Shown here piece after piece: positions 18,006 through 26,757 of a stretch of DNA of 64,000 nucleotides; within the stretch, counting starts at the first letter, position 1; each line of letters begins with the position of its first letter. The stretch covers positions 2,923-66,922 of the forward strand of contig SSEF01000010.1 in assembly GCA_008012175.1 (NCBI GenBank). The letters are read 5' to 3'. The position numbers and the translations under genes are program-made. The notes below the pieces were generated by a model that did not search any database, had not been told where the DNA came from, and saw nothing but the letters and a program-made list of their open reading frames with translations. The DNA comes from Candidatus Moraniibacteriota bacterium. Lineage in GTDB: Bacteria > Patescibacteriota > Minisyncoccia > Moranbacterales > UBA1568.

Positions 18006-19107
18006 TTATTTTCTTTCTCTTTGTTCATATTGTAGCTCACTTTCGACGAAGCTGTCCAAATCACCGTCAAGCACGGCTTGGGCATTGCTTGTCTCTGTAC
18101 CGGTACGATGATCCTTCACCATCGTGTACGGATGGAGAACATAGGATCGGATCTGGTTTCCGAAACCGGCAGATTTGAACTCACCGCGGATGGCTGCCTT
18201 CGCCGCGGCTTCTTCAGCCAAACGTTTCTGCAAAAGCTTTGATTTGAGGAGCTTCATCGCCTGTTCGCGATTTTGGAGCTGCGAGCGCTCACTTTGGCAG
18301 GCAACGACAATCCCGGTCGGGAGGTGCGTCAGTCGGACTGCGGATTCGGTTTTGTTTACATGCTGCCCGCCCGCGCCAGAAGCGCGGAGCGTATCGATCC
18401 GGAGTTCCTCTGGCTTTACTTCGATTGAACGGTCCGTGTCCGGCAGCACAGGCATTACCTCGACCGAGGCAAATGAAGTCTGACGGAGATTGTTGGCATT
18501 GAACGGTGAGAGCCGGACGAGACGGTGCACGCCCATCTCGCCGCGCAAGTATCCGTAGGCGTAACGACCCTTCACTTCAACGGTGACGCTTTTAAGCCCG
18601 GCCTCGTTGCCACGGTTCTCATCGAGAATGACGGCCCGATAATCATGGCGTTCGGCGTAACGCAGGTACATGCGCAAGAGCATCTCGGTCCAATCTTGTG
18701 CCTCAGTCCCACCGGCACCGCTCCGGAGCGTCAGGATAGCATCCGAGCTATCATACTCTCCTCCGAGAAGGAGCTGGAATTCCCAGACGCGGAGCTCTGC
18801 GGCTATTGTCTCAACATCGCGCTCGAGAGCTGATATTTCATCCGGGCCGAGATTATCAAGGCCGGCGAGCTCAACGGCATCCCGGAGCGATTGTGACAGC
18901 GTTTCAAAACGCGCTAGCTCCTGCTTCAGCCCGTCCAGTGATTGCATCGTTTCGGCTGCGTGTTCTGGCGCATCCCAAAAACCAGGCCGTTCACTTTCCG
19001 CCTGGAGCGTAGCGATCGCGGCACGCTTCTTGTCCCAGTCAAAGATAGTCCCGCAAGCGGGCGTGCTGGGTTTCAAGTACTGCGATTCGGCGGCGGAGTT
19101 CTTCCAT
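18006..19107 (-). CDS. prfB: Peptide chain release factor 2 with programmed +1 ribosomal frameshift (CTT TGA C at 19039-19044)
   Basis: SPF tripeptide and GGQ motif (RASGAGGQHVNKTESAVRL). Hand translation of the upstream 0-frame gives MEELRRRIAVLETQHARLRDYL-stop, then +1 gives DWDKKRAAIA...; shift site GGGACTATCTTTGAC resembles E. coli AGGGGGTATCTTTGAC. The ORF track single ORF (GTG at 19142) is an artefact. Confidence 0.85.
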
Positions 19108-19236
19108 AGAGTAGACGGCGATACATGAGAGAAGTGAGGCACCCTCCCTATCCTAGCATGCGCGGCTTGATTCTTCTCGGAGATTTGCTAGGATAGAGGT
19201 CGTTGTTCTATTTTCCTGGAAAATTCGCCACCTTAG

Positions 19237-19309
19237 CTCAGTTGGTAGAGCGGCGCACTCGTAACGCGCAGGTCTCCAGTTCAATCCTGGAAGGTGGCTC
19301 ACTGAAAAT
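19237..19309 (+). tRNA. tRNA-Thr (anticodon CGU)
   Basis: GCCACCU acceptor pairs with AGGUGGC, D-arm GCUCAGUUGGUAGAGC, anticodon loop CUCGUAA, T-arm UCCAG-UUCAAUC-CUGGA. Confidence 0.85.
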
Positions 19310-19371
19310 TCGTATAGACGAAACCGCCTCGCCATTTCCGGATTTCGGATGGTTTTTCTAGCGTTCCTTGG

Positions 19372-20415
19372 TCATTCAGCAAGAGCCGTATCGACAAGCG
19401 TTTTCAGGTCGGCATATGGTGCCGCGCCAGAAACAAATTCACGATTGACGAATGTGGCTGGCGCAGATTCGATGAAGAAGTCTTCGGCGAGCCCTATATC
19501 GAGCGACACCTTTTCAGCAGACTGCTTCTCGTCGATGCAGCGTCCAAACGCGCGCGCATCCAGATCACGGACCCGCCAGGCATACTCTTTGAAACGGCGT
19601 TCCCCTCCAGGCTTTCCCCATTCGCTTTGCTTGCCAAAAAGAATATCAGCATAGGCCATGAAGTGCCCCTGAGCCGCCGCGCATTGCGCCGCTTCGGCCG
19701 CCCTGGGGGCTTCACGGTGAATTGGGAGCGGGAAGTGCTTCCAGACGATACGAACTCGATCGCCGTACTCCGAGAGCAGCCTCTTGTAGGCCTCATGATA
19801 TTCGCGACAGTACTGGCACTGAAAATCGGAGAAAACAACAAGCGTCACTGGTGCGTCCCGAGAGCCCAGTACGATATCGTCGTCACCGGTTTCTGGCGCG
19901 ACTAGATAGCGGCCGATTGGCATCCCGATCTTATTCACATCGAATACTAGCATTCCCTGCTCCTCATGAAAGAGTGGTTCCGCTTGGGCGTAGAATTCGG
20001 TTGCTTTCACGGCCCCGCTAAAAACAAATGCCGGCACCGTTGTCAATCGGAACGCCTCGATAGCGCGCTTTCCGGCATCGCTCGAAATATCGATGCGCTC
20101 CGCCTCGATCGTCGGCACGATACGGCGGAGCCAGAGCAAGGCTTCGCTCGGATCGCAGGTCGCGCAGCTCACATCGCTGATCACCTGAAGCGGTACTTTG
20201 GGCTCGGTGTACCCAACCCATGTCTTGCCGCCAGTGACGAGTATGTCATGCGATTGGATGGCCGGCCGGGAGAAACCGCTCCCTGTGAAGATCTGAACTA
20301 CGTCAACGAAGAGGCTGCCAAAAAAAAGCCCGGCAAGCACGACGATGCTGGCGATGAGATTTTCTCGGCGCTCTGACCAATGCTTGAGTGTCGCACTCAG
20401 GGTGTTCCATTGCAT
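19372..20415 (-). CDS. Membrane-anchored DsbA-like thiol:disulfide oxidoreductase with two thioredoxin-fold segments
   Basis: N-terminal TM; C-terminal domain with FSDFQCQYCREYH (CxxC, DsbA-like); earlier VSCATCDPSEA suggests a second Trx-like CxxC domain. Confidence 0.7.
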   Translation of the reverse strand: MQWNTLSATLKHWSERRENLIASIVVLAGLFFGSLFVDVVQIFTGSGFSRPAIQSHDILVTGGKTWVGYTEPKVPLQVISDVSCATCDPSEALLWLRRIVPTIEAERIDISSDAGKRAIEAFRLTTVPAFVFSGAVKATEFYAQAEPLFHEEQGMLVFDVNKIGMPIGRYLVAPETGDDDIVLGSRDAPVTLVVFSDFQCQYCREYHEAYKRLLSEYGDRVRIVWKHFPLPIHREAPRAAEAAQCAAAQGHFMAYADILFGKQSEWGKPGGERRFKEYAWRVRDLDARAFGRCIDEKQSAEKVSLDIGLAEDFFIESAPATFVNREFVSGAAPYADLKTLVDTALAE

Positions 20416-20466
20416 ATGCGTTCAATGTTCTATGAGTTGAAATATTGAAAATAAAACCGATAGGAG

Positions 20467-20868
20467 CTAGTCACGGATTTCGTCTCCATCGCGGCAGGCC
20501 GGATATTCCCGAGGTTCCGCTATCGGCAGAGCCGCACCCTGAGCGAGCGCTTTATCACGGAGTGCGTTCAGCGAATACAGCCGGTCAGCTGGAATGAGAC
20601 GGTAATCTTCGTGACCGATCGTCAGATGCTCATGCGCCAGGTTTTTGGCGAAGCTCCCAGCCACGAGGCCGAGAGCGAAGAGCATCCCCCAAAAAACGAT
20701 ATGCGGTATCCGCCGATTCAGAGAGCCAAGGCTCGGCCTCGCGGCGAGCATATCCCGGTAATCTCCAGCAATCGCCGAAACCGTCGGGTAACGGGTGAGG
20801 AAGCGGTCCTTCAGACGGCCAACAAACCTAGAGAGAGAGGGTATTTCCATAGCTGGCCAGACTAGCAT
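20467..20868 (-). CDS. Hypothetical single-pass membrane protein
   Basis: One TM helix (IVFWGMLFALGLVAGSF); immediately upstream of the DsbA-like gene; no recognisable domain. Confidence 0.45.
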   Translation of the reverse strand: MLVWPAMEIPSLSRFVGRLKDRFLTRYPTVSAIAGDYRDMLAARPSLGSLNRRIPHIVFWGMLFALGLVAGSFAKNLAHEHLTIGHEDYRLIPADRLYSLNALRDKALAQGAALPIAEPREYPACRDGDEIRD

Positions 20869-20892
20869 GGCGGCAAAGCGAAGGCAAGCTGG

Positions 20893-21648
20893 TCAGCGGA
20901 GCGATCTGACAAAAGTTTCATTCAGCGCCTTGGGTGCTCGAAACGTCATAAACTCACCATGTGTATCGCCGTACCAGTCACTTACCCAGCCCTCGCAGTT
21001 CGTCGAGTTCACGCAGCTCGGATCCCAACCAGCATAGTCCACGTTCATGTTTCGCCAATAATCAATTCCAAATTGGAGCCGAGCCGTTTTGCTGATATTT
21101 GCTTCGATTTCGATCACGTACTGATGTCCGGGAGCCACCGCTATACGAGGATCATTCCAGGCGTGGTAGACCCGGAGAGGCACCCGGCTGAGATCAAGCA
21201 TGATCCGGTCTTTCTGGTGAAGGGCGATATCTGTCCCTGGATCCCCTTCAGTTTCGCCGAACCAGCTCGGCACCCGAGGAAAAAGACGGCCGATAAAGTG
21301 TCCGGGATCGTTTGGATCAATCGCTGCGGCAACAAACTCCTCTCCCGATGATACATCGCGTTCGATAATACGGATCGCGCGAATTTCAATGCTGGGAATA
21401 TCGGCAGATTCGTCGCGACAGGGCACATGAGTTGCGGCATTAATCCAGCCGACGAGTGCCGTGTAGCCTACGGGTGCCTCTGCCCGATGGATGACCTCAT
21501 GCTTCCACAGAGCGCCGTGAGGAGCGTCATCCAGCCATTCGACTGACTGCCGACAGTCAACCGATAGCGGCACAAAATAGACCGAACGAATCAGGACGAC
21601 GGAGACCACTGCAATGATCAAAAATCCGACACGTAGCAGTATCAACAT
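20893..21648 (-). CDS. Hypothetical membrane-anchored secreted protein (Cys-containing)
   Basis: N-terminal TM/signal anchor, several Cys (C32, C77, PSCVNSTNCEGW); plausible DsbA substrate. Confidence 0.45.
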   Translation of the reverse strand: MLILLRVGFLIIAVVSVVLIRSVYFVPLSVDCRQSVEWLDDAPHGALWKHEVIHRAEAPVGYTALVGWINAATHVPCRDESADIPSIEIRAIRIIERDVSSGEEFVAAAIDPNDPGHFIGRLFPRVPSWFGETEGDPGTDIALHQKDRIMLDLSRVPLRVYHAWNDPRIAVAPGHQYVIEIEANISKTARLQFGIDYWRNMNVDYAGWDPSCVNSTNCEGWVSDWYGDTHGEFMTFRAPKALNETFVRSLR

Positions 21649-21754
21649 AAATTTCGCACGGGATTAGGCTTTCGAGATTGACAAATATACCATGATTTAC
21701 TATTATATGCAATAGTGATTTCAAGGAGTTCTTTCCAAGAAAGGCAGGTGTGCT

Positions 21755-22279
21755 ATGTCACGTCCGATCAAGGCAAGGCTGTGCTTTCAAGGTATCATCA
21801 AGCGCTTCAGTACGACCAGGGGCGGCGTCTCAACCCATTGGAGCTGGCAGCTGCAGTTCCGGATCCGGGAATTCGAGCGGTTGCTGAGATGCAGCGACCG
21901 AAGTCTCGAAAGACGGCTCATCGATTTCCTAGATCGAGGCGGCCTCATCGTGTACGTGCTTGACGGAGATACCGATGTTGTTGGCCTGGCAACGGTCAGT
22001 CCGCCATTCTCCGGGATCTCGTTGATTGAGGATTTCGTCATTTCGAGGGACGCCTCCGTGTTTCAGGACGACATATCTGGATGTCTCATTCAGGGCATCA
22101 GGCAACTCGCCGAAAACCCATCATACCAGGAAGGTCAACCATTCTCTATCTTCCTCGGAATGGGAACCCCGGAACTCTGCGGTCTGCGGCCCTTTTTTGA
22201 GAGCCACGGCTTTCATGTCTATGGGCCGGAATATCCGGACAGCTTGATAGCGAGGATCGACCAGTCTACCGCCGCCTGA
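21755..22279 (+). CDS. Hypothetical protein (possible acetyltransferase-like fold)
   Basis: Beta-strand-rich stretch LIVYVLDGDTDVVGLATV...ISLIEDFVIS; no clear motif; start uncertain. Confidence 0.3.
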   Translation: MSRPIKARLCFQGIIKRFSTTRGGVSTHWSWQLQFRIREFERLLRCSDRSLERRLIDFLDRGGLIVYVLDGDTDVVGLATVSPPFSGISLIEDFVISRDASVFQDDISGCLIQGIRQLAENPSYQEGQPFSIFLGMGTPELCGLRPFFESHGFHVYGPEYPDSLIARIDQSTAA

Positions 22280-22415
22280 TGGACAGCTATCACATCCAGA
22301 GCCTCTGACGAGAATACCGTCCGGGGCTCTTTTTTTTACCGCATCCTCTTGACGTCCATCGACTGGCTGAGATACTGGGTTCAGTTCCTTTACTTGATCA
22401 GAGGGAGAGGTGTCA

Positions 22416-22666
22416 TCATGCAAAAAGGGTCACGGAAGCTGCTCCTCTACGAACGGCCAGCCAATAATTCCCCGCTGTACCTTCTCTCCAGCGAAGGTGA
22501 GCGACATCCCATCGCAAGATTTATCCGGAGAGATGAAAACGGACGGAAACAGCCGTTCGACGGTGGAGAAGTCTACATCGGAGATATCGCCGTCATCCGA
22601 AAGAGAGACAGGGAATCCGAGATCGTTCTGGAAGCAACGTCTATCATAACCGACTTGGCTTCCTGA
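22416..22666 (+). CDS. Hypothetical small protein
   Basis: Open frame only (MQKGSRKLLLYERP...). Confidence 0.25.
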
Positions 22667-22725
22667 TCCCCGTCAAAAAATAGCAGTATCAAGTTTTACG
22701 CGCCTGATAGCCAAGATACCGGCTT

Positions 22726-23373
22726 TCAGGCGCTTTCGTTTTCAAATATCACGCTCAAGAGATCGGCACGTCCCTCGCCAGTTTTCGCTGAATAGCGGAT
22801 GACTCTGGCGGGGGAAAAATCTTTTTCGAAAGCCCGGATGTTGCGATCGATGTCAGACCGGCGCCCCTTGTCACACTTATTGGCGAGGATCAGCACCGGT
22901 CGGCCATACTCCGTAAGGAGCTGGAATGCCTCCCGGTCGGAATCTTTGGCTCCGACTTCGGCATCGACGATGAGGACGGCGGTCCGGATATCGATCCGCA
23001 TATCGGCCGCGAACCAGGAAATGTAGCCAGCCATCTTCTTCCGCATGGGACCAGGGACATTGGCGTATCCGTAACCGGGCAAATCGGCCAGATACCAGCT
23101 GCCATTCACGAGGAAATAGTTGATTTCTGTCGTCCGACCGGCACGCTTGTTGGCGTATGCCAGGTCTTTATGGCGGGTGAGACTGTTGATGACGCTCGAT
23201 TTTCCGACGTTGGAACGGCCGAAAAACGCTACGACCGGACGGGGCGGCTCTGGCAGCCCTTCGGAACCGATGACGCCTTTTATAAATACAGCCGTACGTA
23301 TTTCCATAAGAGCTCGATAAAGCGACAATTCATCCTGGCAGATATACTCAGGATCGGCAAGAAAAACTCCCAT
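22726..23373 (-). CDS. engB: Ribosome biogenesis GTP-binding protein YihA/EngB
   Basis: G1 GRSNVGKSS, G3 DLPGYGY, G4 NKCDK; ~215 aa. Confidence 0.85.
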   Translation of the reverse strand: MGVFLADPEYICQDELSLYRALMEIRTAVFIKGVIGSEGLPEPPRPVVAFFGRSNVGKSSVINSLTRHKDLAYANKRAGRTTEINYFLVNGSWYLADLPGYGYANVPGPMRKKMAGYISWFAADMRIDIRTAVLIVDAEVGAKDSDREAFQLLTEYGRPVLILANKCDKGRRSDIDRNIRAFEKDFSPARVIRYSAKTGEGRADLLSVIFENESA

Positions 23374-23391
23374 TGACAGTTCTGATACGGT

Positions 23392-23859
23392 ATGGCACAG
23401 TTCATCCTGTGTAATTTACAGCTGTTTGCCTGTTCCTCGCCTGTTCATTTTCAACTGTACGGTATACACGGAGGCATCATGTCAGAACTGAATACTGTCG
23501 TACATCAGGAGCTATGGGAATCCGTGCGGGAAGCTGCCGCCAAACTGGCGATCATCTCGCCCCGCCATGAGCTTCTCCAGTATTTCCGCACCGACCATGG
23601 CGACCTGCTCGAGCGGATGGATTTCAGGGGGCGGTTCGCCCCGACGGCCGTGCCGACTGAAAACAGCATCCCCTCTGCAGAAGAAGTGGGTGAGTACATG
23701 CTCATGGCATTCCATCTGGCCCTGAACGAAGCCTGCTTTGATCCGGAGAAAGAAATCGTCATCGATCATGCGATGCTGGGCGATCCGGATATGAGAGCGG
23801 ATGCCCTCAATCTCATGTCCATTTCTGCCCCTGATTGGGCCATCCCTGGCATAGAGTGA
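23392..23859 (+). CDS. Hypothetical protein
   Basis: Open frame, no recognisable motif; start could be MSELNTV at 23482. Confidence 0.35.
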   Translation: MAQFILCNLQLFACSSPVHFQLYGIHGGIMSELNTVVHQELWESVREAAAKLAIISPRHELLQYFRTDHGDLLERMDFRGRFAPTAVPTENSIPSAEEVGEYMLMAFHLALNEACFDPEKEIVIDHAMLGDPDMRADALNLMSISAPDWAIPGIE

Positions 23860-24082
23860 AAGGAGTATCCACGTGAGCATCATCCTCATCGAAGGTCAGA
23901 CGCTTTTCTGGCTCCTGTTCTTTGTCATCGCCATTGGTTGCGCTGCGAGCATCTTCATCGGATCCCTTCGGCCACCCAGCCGGAAAGACCGATACTCCCG
24001 ATAATGAGCCCCCCCTGAGAGCACTGCTTTCGGGGGTTTTCTTTGCAAAAAATCCTGGGGTTATGATGTACCCGGGAACCAG

Positions 24083-24310
24083 TCAATCGTCGCCGTAGCG
24101 GGAAATGATATCGGCTAGAAGACGATCGATTTCCTGCTGTTCCGGAGAACCCGGCCGCGTCATGAGACGGGCGGTCTCGAGTGCCGCTTCGGCCTTGCGG
24201 CGGTCATCGCGGTTATAAAACCCGTTATCGAAGTCCTCCGACACCTCCTCCAGGATCTGTTGCGTGCTTTTACCTGGTTCGATCTGCTCAAACGACATAG
24301 GTTTTTTCAA
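24083..24310 (-). CDS. Hypothetical small acidic protein
   Basis: 75-aa ORF; a G8 homopolymer and hairpin lie in its upstream region. Confidence 0.35.
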   Translation of the reverse strand: MKKPMSFEQIEPGKSTQQILEEVSEDFDNGFYNRDDRRKAEAALETARLMTRPGSPEQQEIDRLLADIISRYGDD

Positions 24311-24411
24311 AGGTATTCCTGCTTATTCCTGAAAATATCGAAGCTGCTTTAAGAATGCGTCTCCTTCCTCCTCCGCGCATTCTCAATTCAAGGGGGGGGC
24401 GACTGATCTCT

Positions 24412-24615
24412 TCACTTTCCGAGTACTGCGCTCACGTACTGGCCGATATAGTACGGCCAGAGGAGCACCGCGAGGAGCCCCTTGCCGAACGACAGGTCCA
24501 GGAACCCGATCGTGAAGAGCCAGGCGGCAAACCAGGAGAATGCCGTGAAGCTGTGATTCTCTACTTTCACCTTGTCCATAAGCGTGTTGCTTACTTGTTT
24601 AAAGACCCCTGACAT
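24412..24615 (-). CDS. Small two-TM membrane protein
   Basis: FTAFSWFAAWLFTIGFL and LLAVLLWPYYIGQYVSAVL hydrophobic helices. Confidence 0.45.
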   Translation of the reverse strand: MSGVFKQVSNTLMDKVKVENHSFTAFSWFAAWLFTIGFLDLSFGKGLLAVLLWPYYIGQYVSAVLGK

Positions 24616-24651
24616 TGCAAGTATACACCCGGCTTTTCTACCTTTTCGCTC

Positions 24652-24954
24652 TCAATTGCCTTTCTGCGCGTCGAAGCCGATGGGGTTCGTGGTCGGGGCT
24701 TCGGACGGTTTCACTTCGCCGAACTGCTTTTCGTATTTCGTCATATTGTCGGCGAGCGCGGCCACGATGCGCTTCATATGACTCGGTGACACGATGACGC
24801 GCGCGTTCAATGATCCGGCTGGCGGATACACCGACAGGAAATCGAGCACAAATTCCTCGGCCGTATGCATCACCTGCATCATATTCGCATACTCCCCTTT
24901 GAGTACGGCATCACTCGCCTTGATCTGAACCTGCTGCTGTTGTGGTTGGGTCAT
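24652..24954 (-). CDS. DUF3467-family protein
   Basis: Q-rich N-terminus, GEYANMMQVMHTAEEFVLDF...IVSPSHMKRIVAAL matches the DUF3467 pattern as remembered. Confidence 0.6.
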   Translation of the reverse strand: MTQPQQQQVQIKASDAVLKGEYANMMQVMHTAEEFVLDFLSVYPPAGSLNARVIVSPSHMKRIVAALADNMTKYEKQFGEVKPSEAPTTNPIGFDAQKGN

Positions 24955-25007
24955 AAAGAAGTCATCTTGAAGAATTTACTTATTACTCTTACCCGCATTT
25001 ACAAAAG

Positions 25008-25691
25008 CTAACTCTTGATTAATAGATCACACAGATCTTTGTAGAACCTCGAAGTACACTCTATGGAACTTAGCTTTAAGCTAAGTGTTTTAGCTAAAGT
25101 AACATTATCCCACTTTCTAAAGTACTTTATATCGGAATCGGTAAAAGACCTACTTTTTCCAGAGCCATGAACGAGAATATTTCTTCGATGATAGAGCCAG
25201 TCAGCATATCCTAAAACCGAATTTGGTATTTTGGGATGCTTTGCAACTTTACTTGAGGAGATGGAACCTATGTTTGGATTAACACGGGGCCTTGAAACAT
25301 CAGTATCAGCCCAAGAGTAGCACTTTGATAGCAGATCAAAGAGCTTTTTTCTGTGACTTAGAGATAAGTAGTTTAGAGTGAGCTCTCTGCGTAGTCGCTC
25401 TTGTGTTGCTGCCCGCGGATCTGCTGCGAGAAGTAGCTTAAATACTTCACCTTGTGCTATAGGCTCATCGAGTTTACTGAGAATTGAGTTTCTGAAGTCA
25501 GAGCTATCTGCTGCGAAAGAGACTAATAAAGAGTCGATAAGGGAGTCAAAGCGATTGGTTACATCTATAAAGACAAGCTTTTGTAAGTGACGACGACTGG
25601 CGTCAGGAATACCACTTAGTTCTTTAATTGCTGATACGATATCTTCATTGAGATAGTTAATAAATGACTGTATTTCCCCTAGTTTGTTCAT
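25008..25691 (-). CDS. HEPN-like domain protein (Rx4HG motif), encoded on a sharply low-GC gene
   Basis: C-terminal WLYHRRNILVHGSG is an Rx4-6H HEPN catalytic motif; the gene is far lower in GC than both flanks by eye. Confidence 0.5.
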   Translation of the reverse strand: MNKLGEIQSFINYLNEDIVSAIKELSGIPDASRRHLQKLVFIDVTNRFDSLIDSLLVSFAADSSDFRNSILSKLDEPIAQGEVFKLLLAADPRAATQERLRRELTLNYLSLSHRKKLFDLLSKCYSWADTDVSRPRVNPNIGSISSSKVAKHPKIPNSVLGYADWLYHRRNILVHGSGKSRSFTDSDIKYFRKWDNVTLAKTLSLKLSSIECTSRFYKDLCDLLIKS

Positions 25692-25732
25692 ACTATTAAA
25701 TAAAGGTGGCGCGCTCAGGCCCCGCTCGGTCG

Positions 25733-26734
25733 TTACTGCTTATTCGGTTGAACGGCATTATCGCCTTCCTGCCTCTTCTCATCTACCTCGATATCCTTCG
25801 GCACTTCTGTCACATCAGCCGTGGCGATCTTTACCGGTTCAGGGAGCTTGGGCTCTTTGGGAAAATTGACGAGCGCTATGACGAAGAGGATGAGCGTCGT
25901 GACGAATGGGACATGGTAGTTGCCGAGCGACATGAGAAAGGAAAACACAAACGGCACCGGGAGGAGGTAGAGTGCGGACAGGTATGCCCGTCCATAGCGG
26001 AGCGCGTGGCCGTTGGCATGGGCCGCGAGCATGACGACGAGCGCTCCGAGGAGGCTGTAGATGAGATAGCCGATCCAGAGGCCGAGGTAGATGAAGACCG
26101 GGGTGACCGCCATGAGCGCGATGACTGCTCCTCGGGCAAAGGCGAATCCCCGATTCACCCATGAGGCGACGAGGTTTTCATCGGCGGTAAATGACTCGCG
26201 GAAACCGGAATCGCGCAGGTTGAAGATACGCGTCTCGCCGCGCTCGGGGTTCTGGAAGCCGATATCGTTTTTCCCGATGACGACGACCGCCTGATAGCGA
26301 GCGAAGGAGTCCGTCGAAACGGGCTCGTCGGTATTGATGGCGACGAGGTTCATGGGGAGCTCGTCCACACGGCAGTCCTGATAGGCCCGCTTGCAATGCG
26401 AACGCATCTGCCACTCCCGCGGGACGGGTACGACGACTGGATTCGGCTGATTCGTCGCGATGACGCCATCCTTCACGGTCACGACGAGGCCGTCGGGGTA
26501 GAGGCTGGTGACGAGAGCGCGCTGCATTTCCCAGTCGCCGGAGCGCATGGACTGAACAGTGCGGAGCGCGCCCGGGAGCATGGTCGCTACGATGCCGAGG
26601 GTCAGGACGAGGACCGCGATGGAATAGAACGCCATCCCCTGATTGGTCGTAAAGGTACCGTCACGGAAGAAGTCCGGGCGATAGGCAAGTTTTTTCAGTC
26701 GTTCGAGCATATGATTTGTGATAAAGCGGGGCAT
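25733..26734 (-). CDS. Polytopic membrane protein (DUF1189-like?)
   Basis: N-terminal TM, ~150-aa extracytoplasmic region, then 4-5 TM helices; family assignment is from memory and weak. Confidence 0.5.
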   Translation of the reverse strand: MPRFITNHMLERLKKLAYRPDFFRDGTFTTNQGMAFYSIAVLVLTLGIVATMLPGALRTVQSMRSGDWEMQRALVTSLYPDGLVVTVKDGVIATNQPNPVVVPVPREWQMRSHCKRAYQDCRVDELPMNLVAINTDEPVSTDSFARYQAVVVIGKNDIGFQNPERGETRIFNLRDSGFRESFTADENLVASWVNRGFAFARGAVIALMAVTPVFIYLGLWIGYLIYSLLGALVVMLAAHANGHALRYGRAYLSALYLLPVPFVFSFLMSLGNYHVPFVTTLILFVIALVNFPKEPKLPEPVKIATADVTEVPKDIEVDEKRQEGDNAVQPNKQ

Positions 26735-26757
26735 ATGCCCCGCTTGTATCCTACTCC

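Noticed and set aside
18006-19142. Single uninterrupted 378-aa prfB ORF from a GTG at 19142 (as in the ORF track)
   Set aside because: Its first ~35 residues (MPHFSHVSPSTLWKN...) do not resemble RF2, whereas the overlapping 0-frame does up to the conserved CTT TGA C shift site; it is replaced by the frameshifted model.
24355-24612. 85-aa plus-strand ORF
   Set aside because: Antisense to the more plausible two-TM small protein gene 24412-24615 and spans an intergenic hairpin and G-tract.
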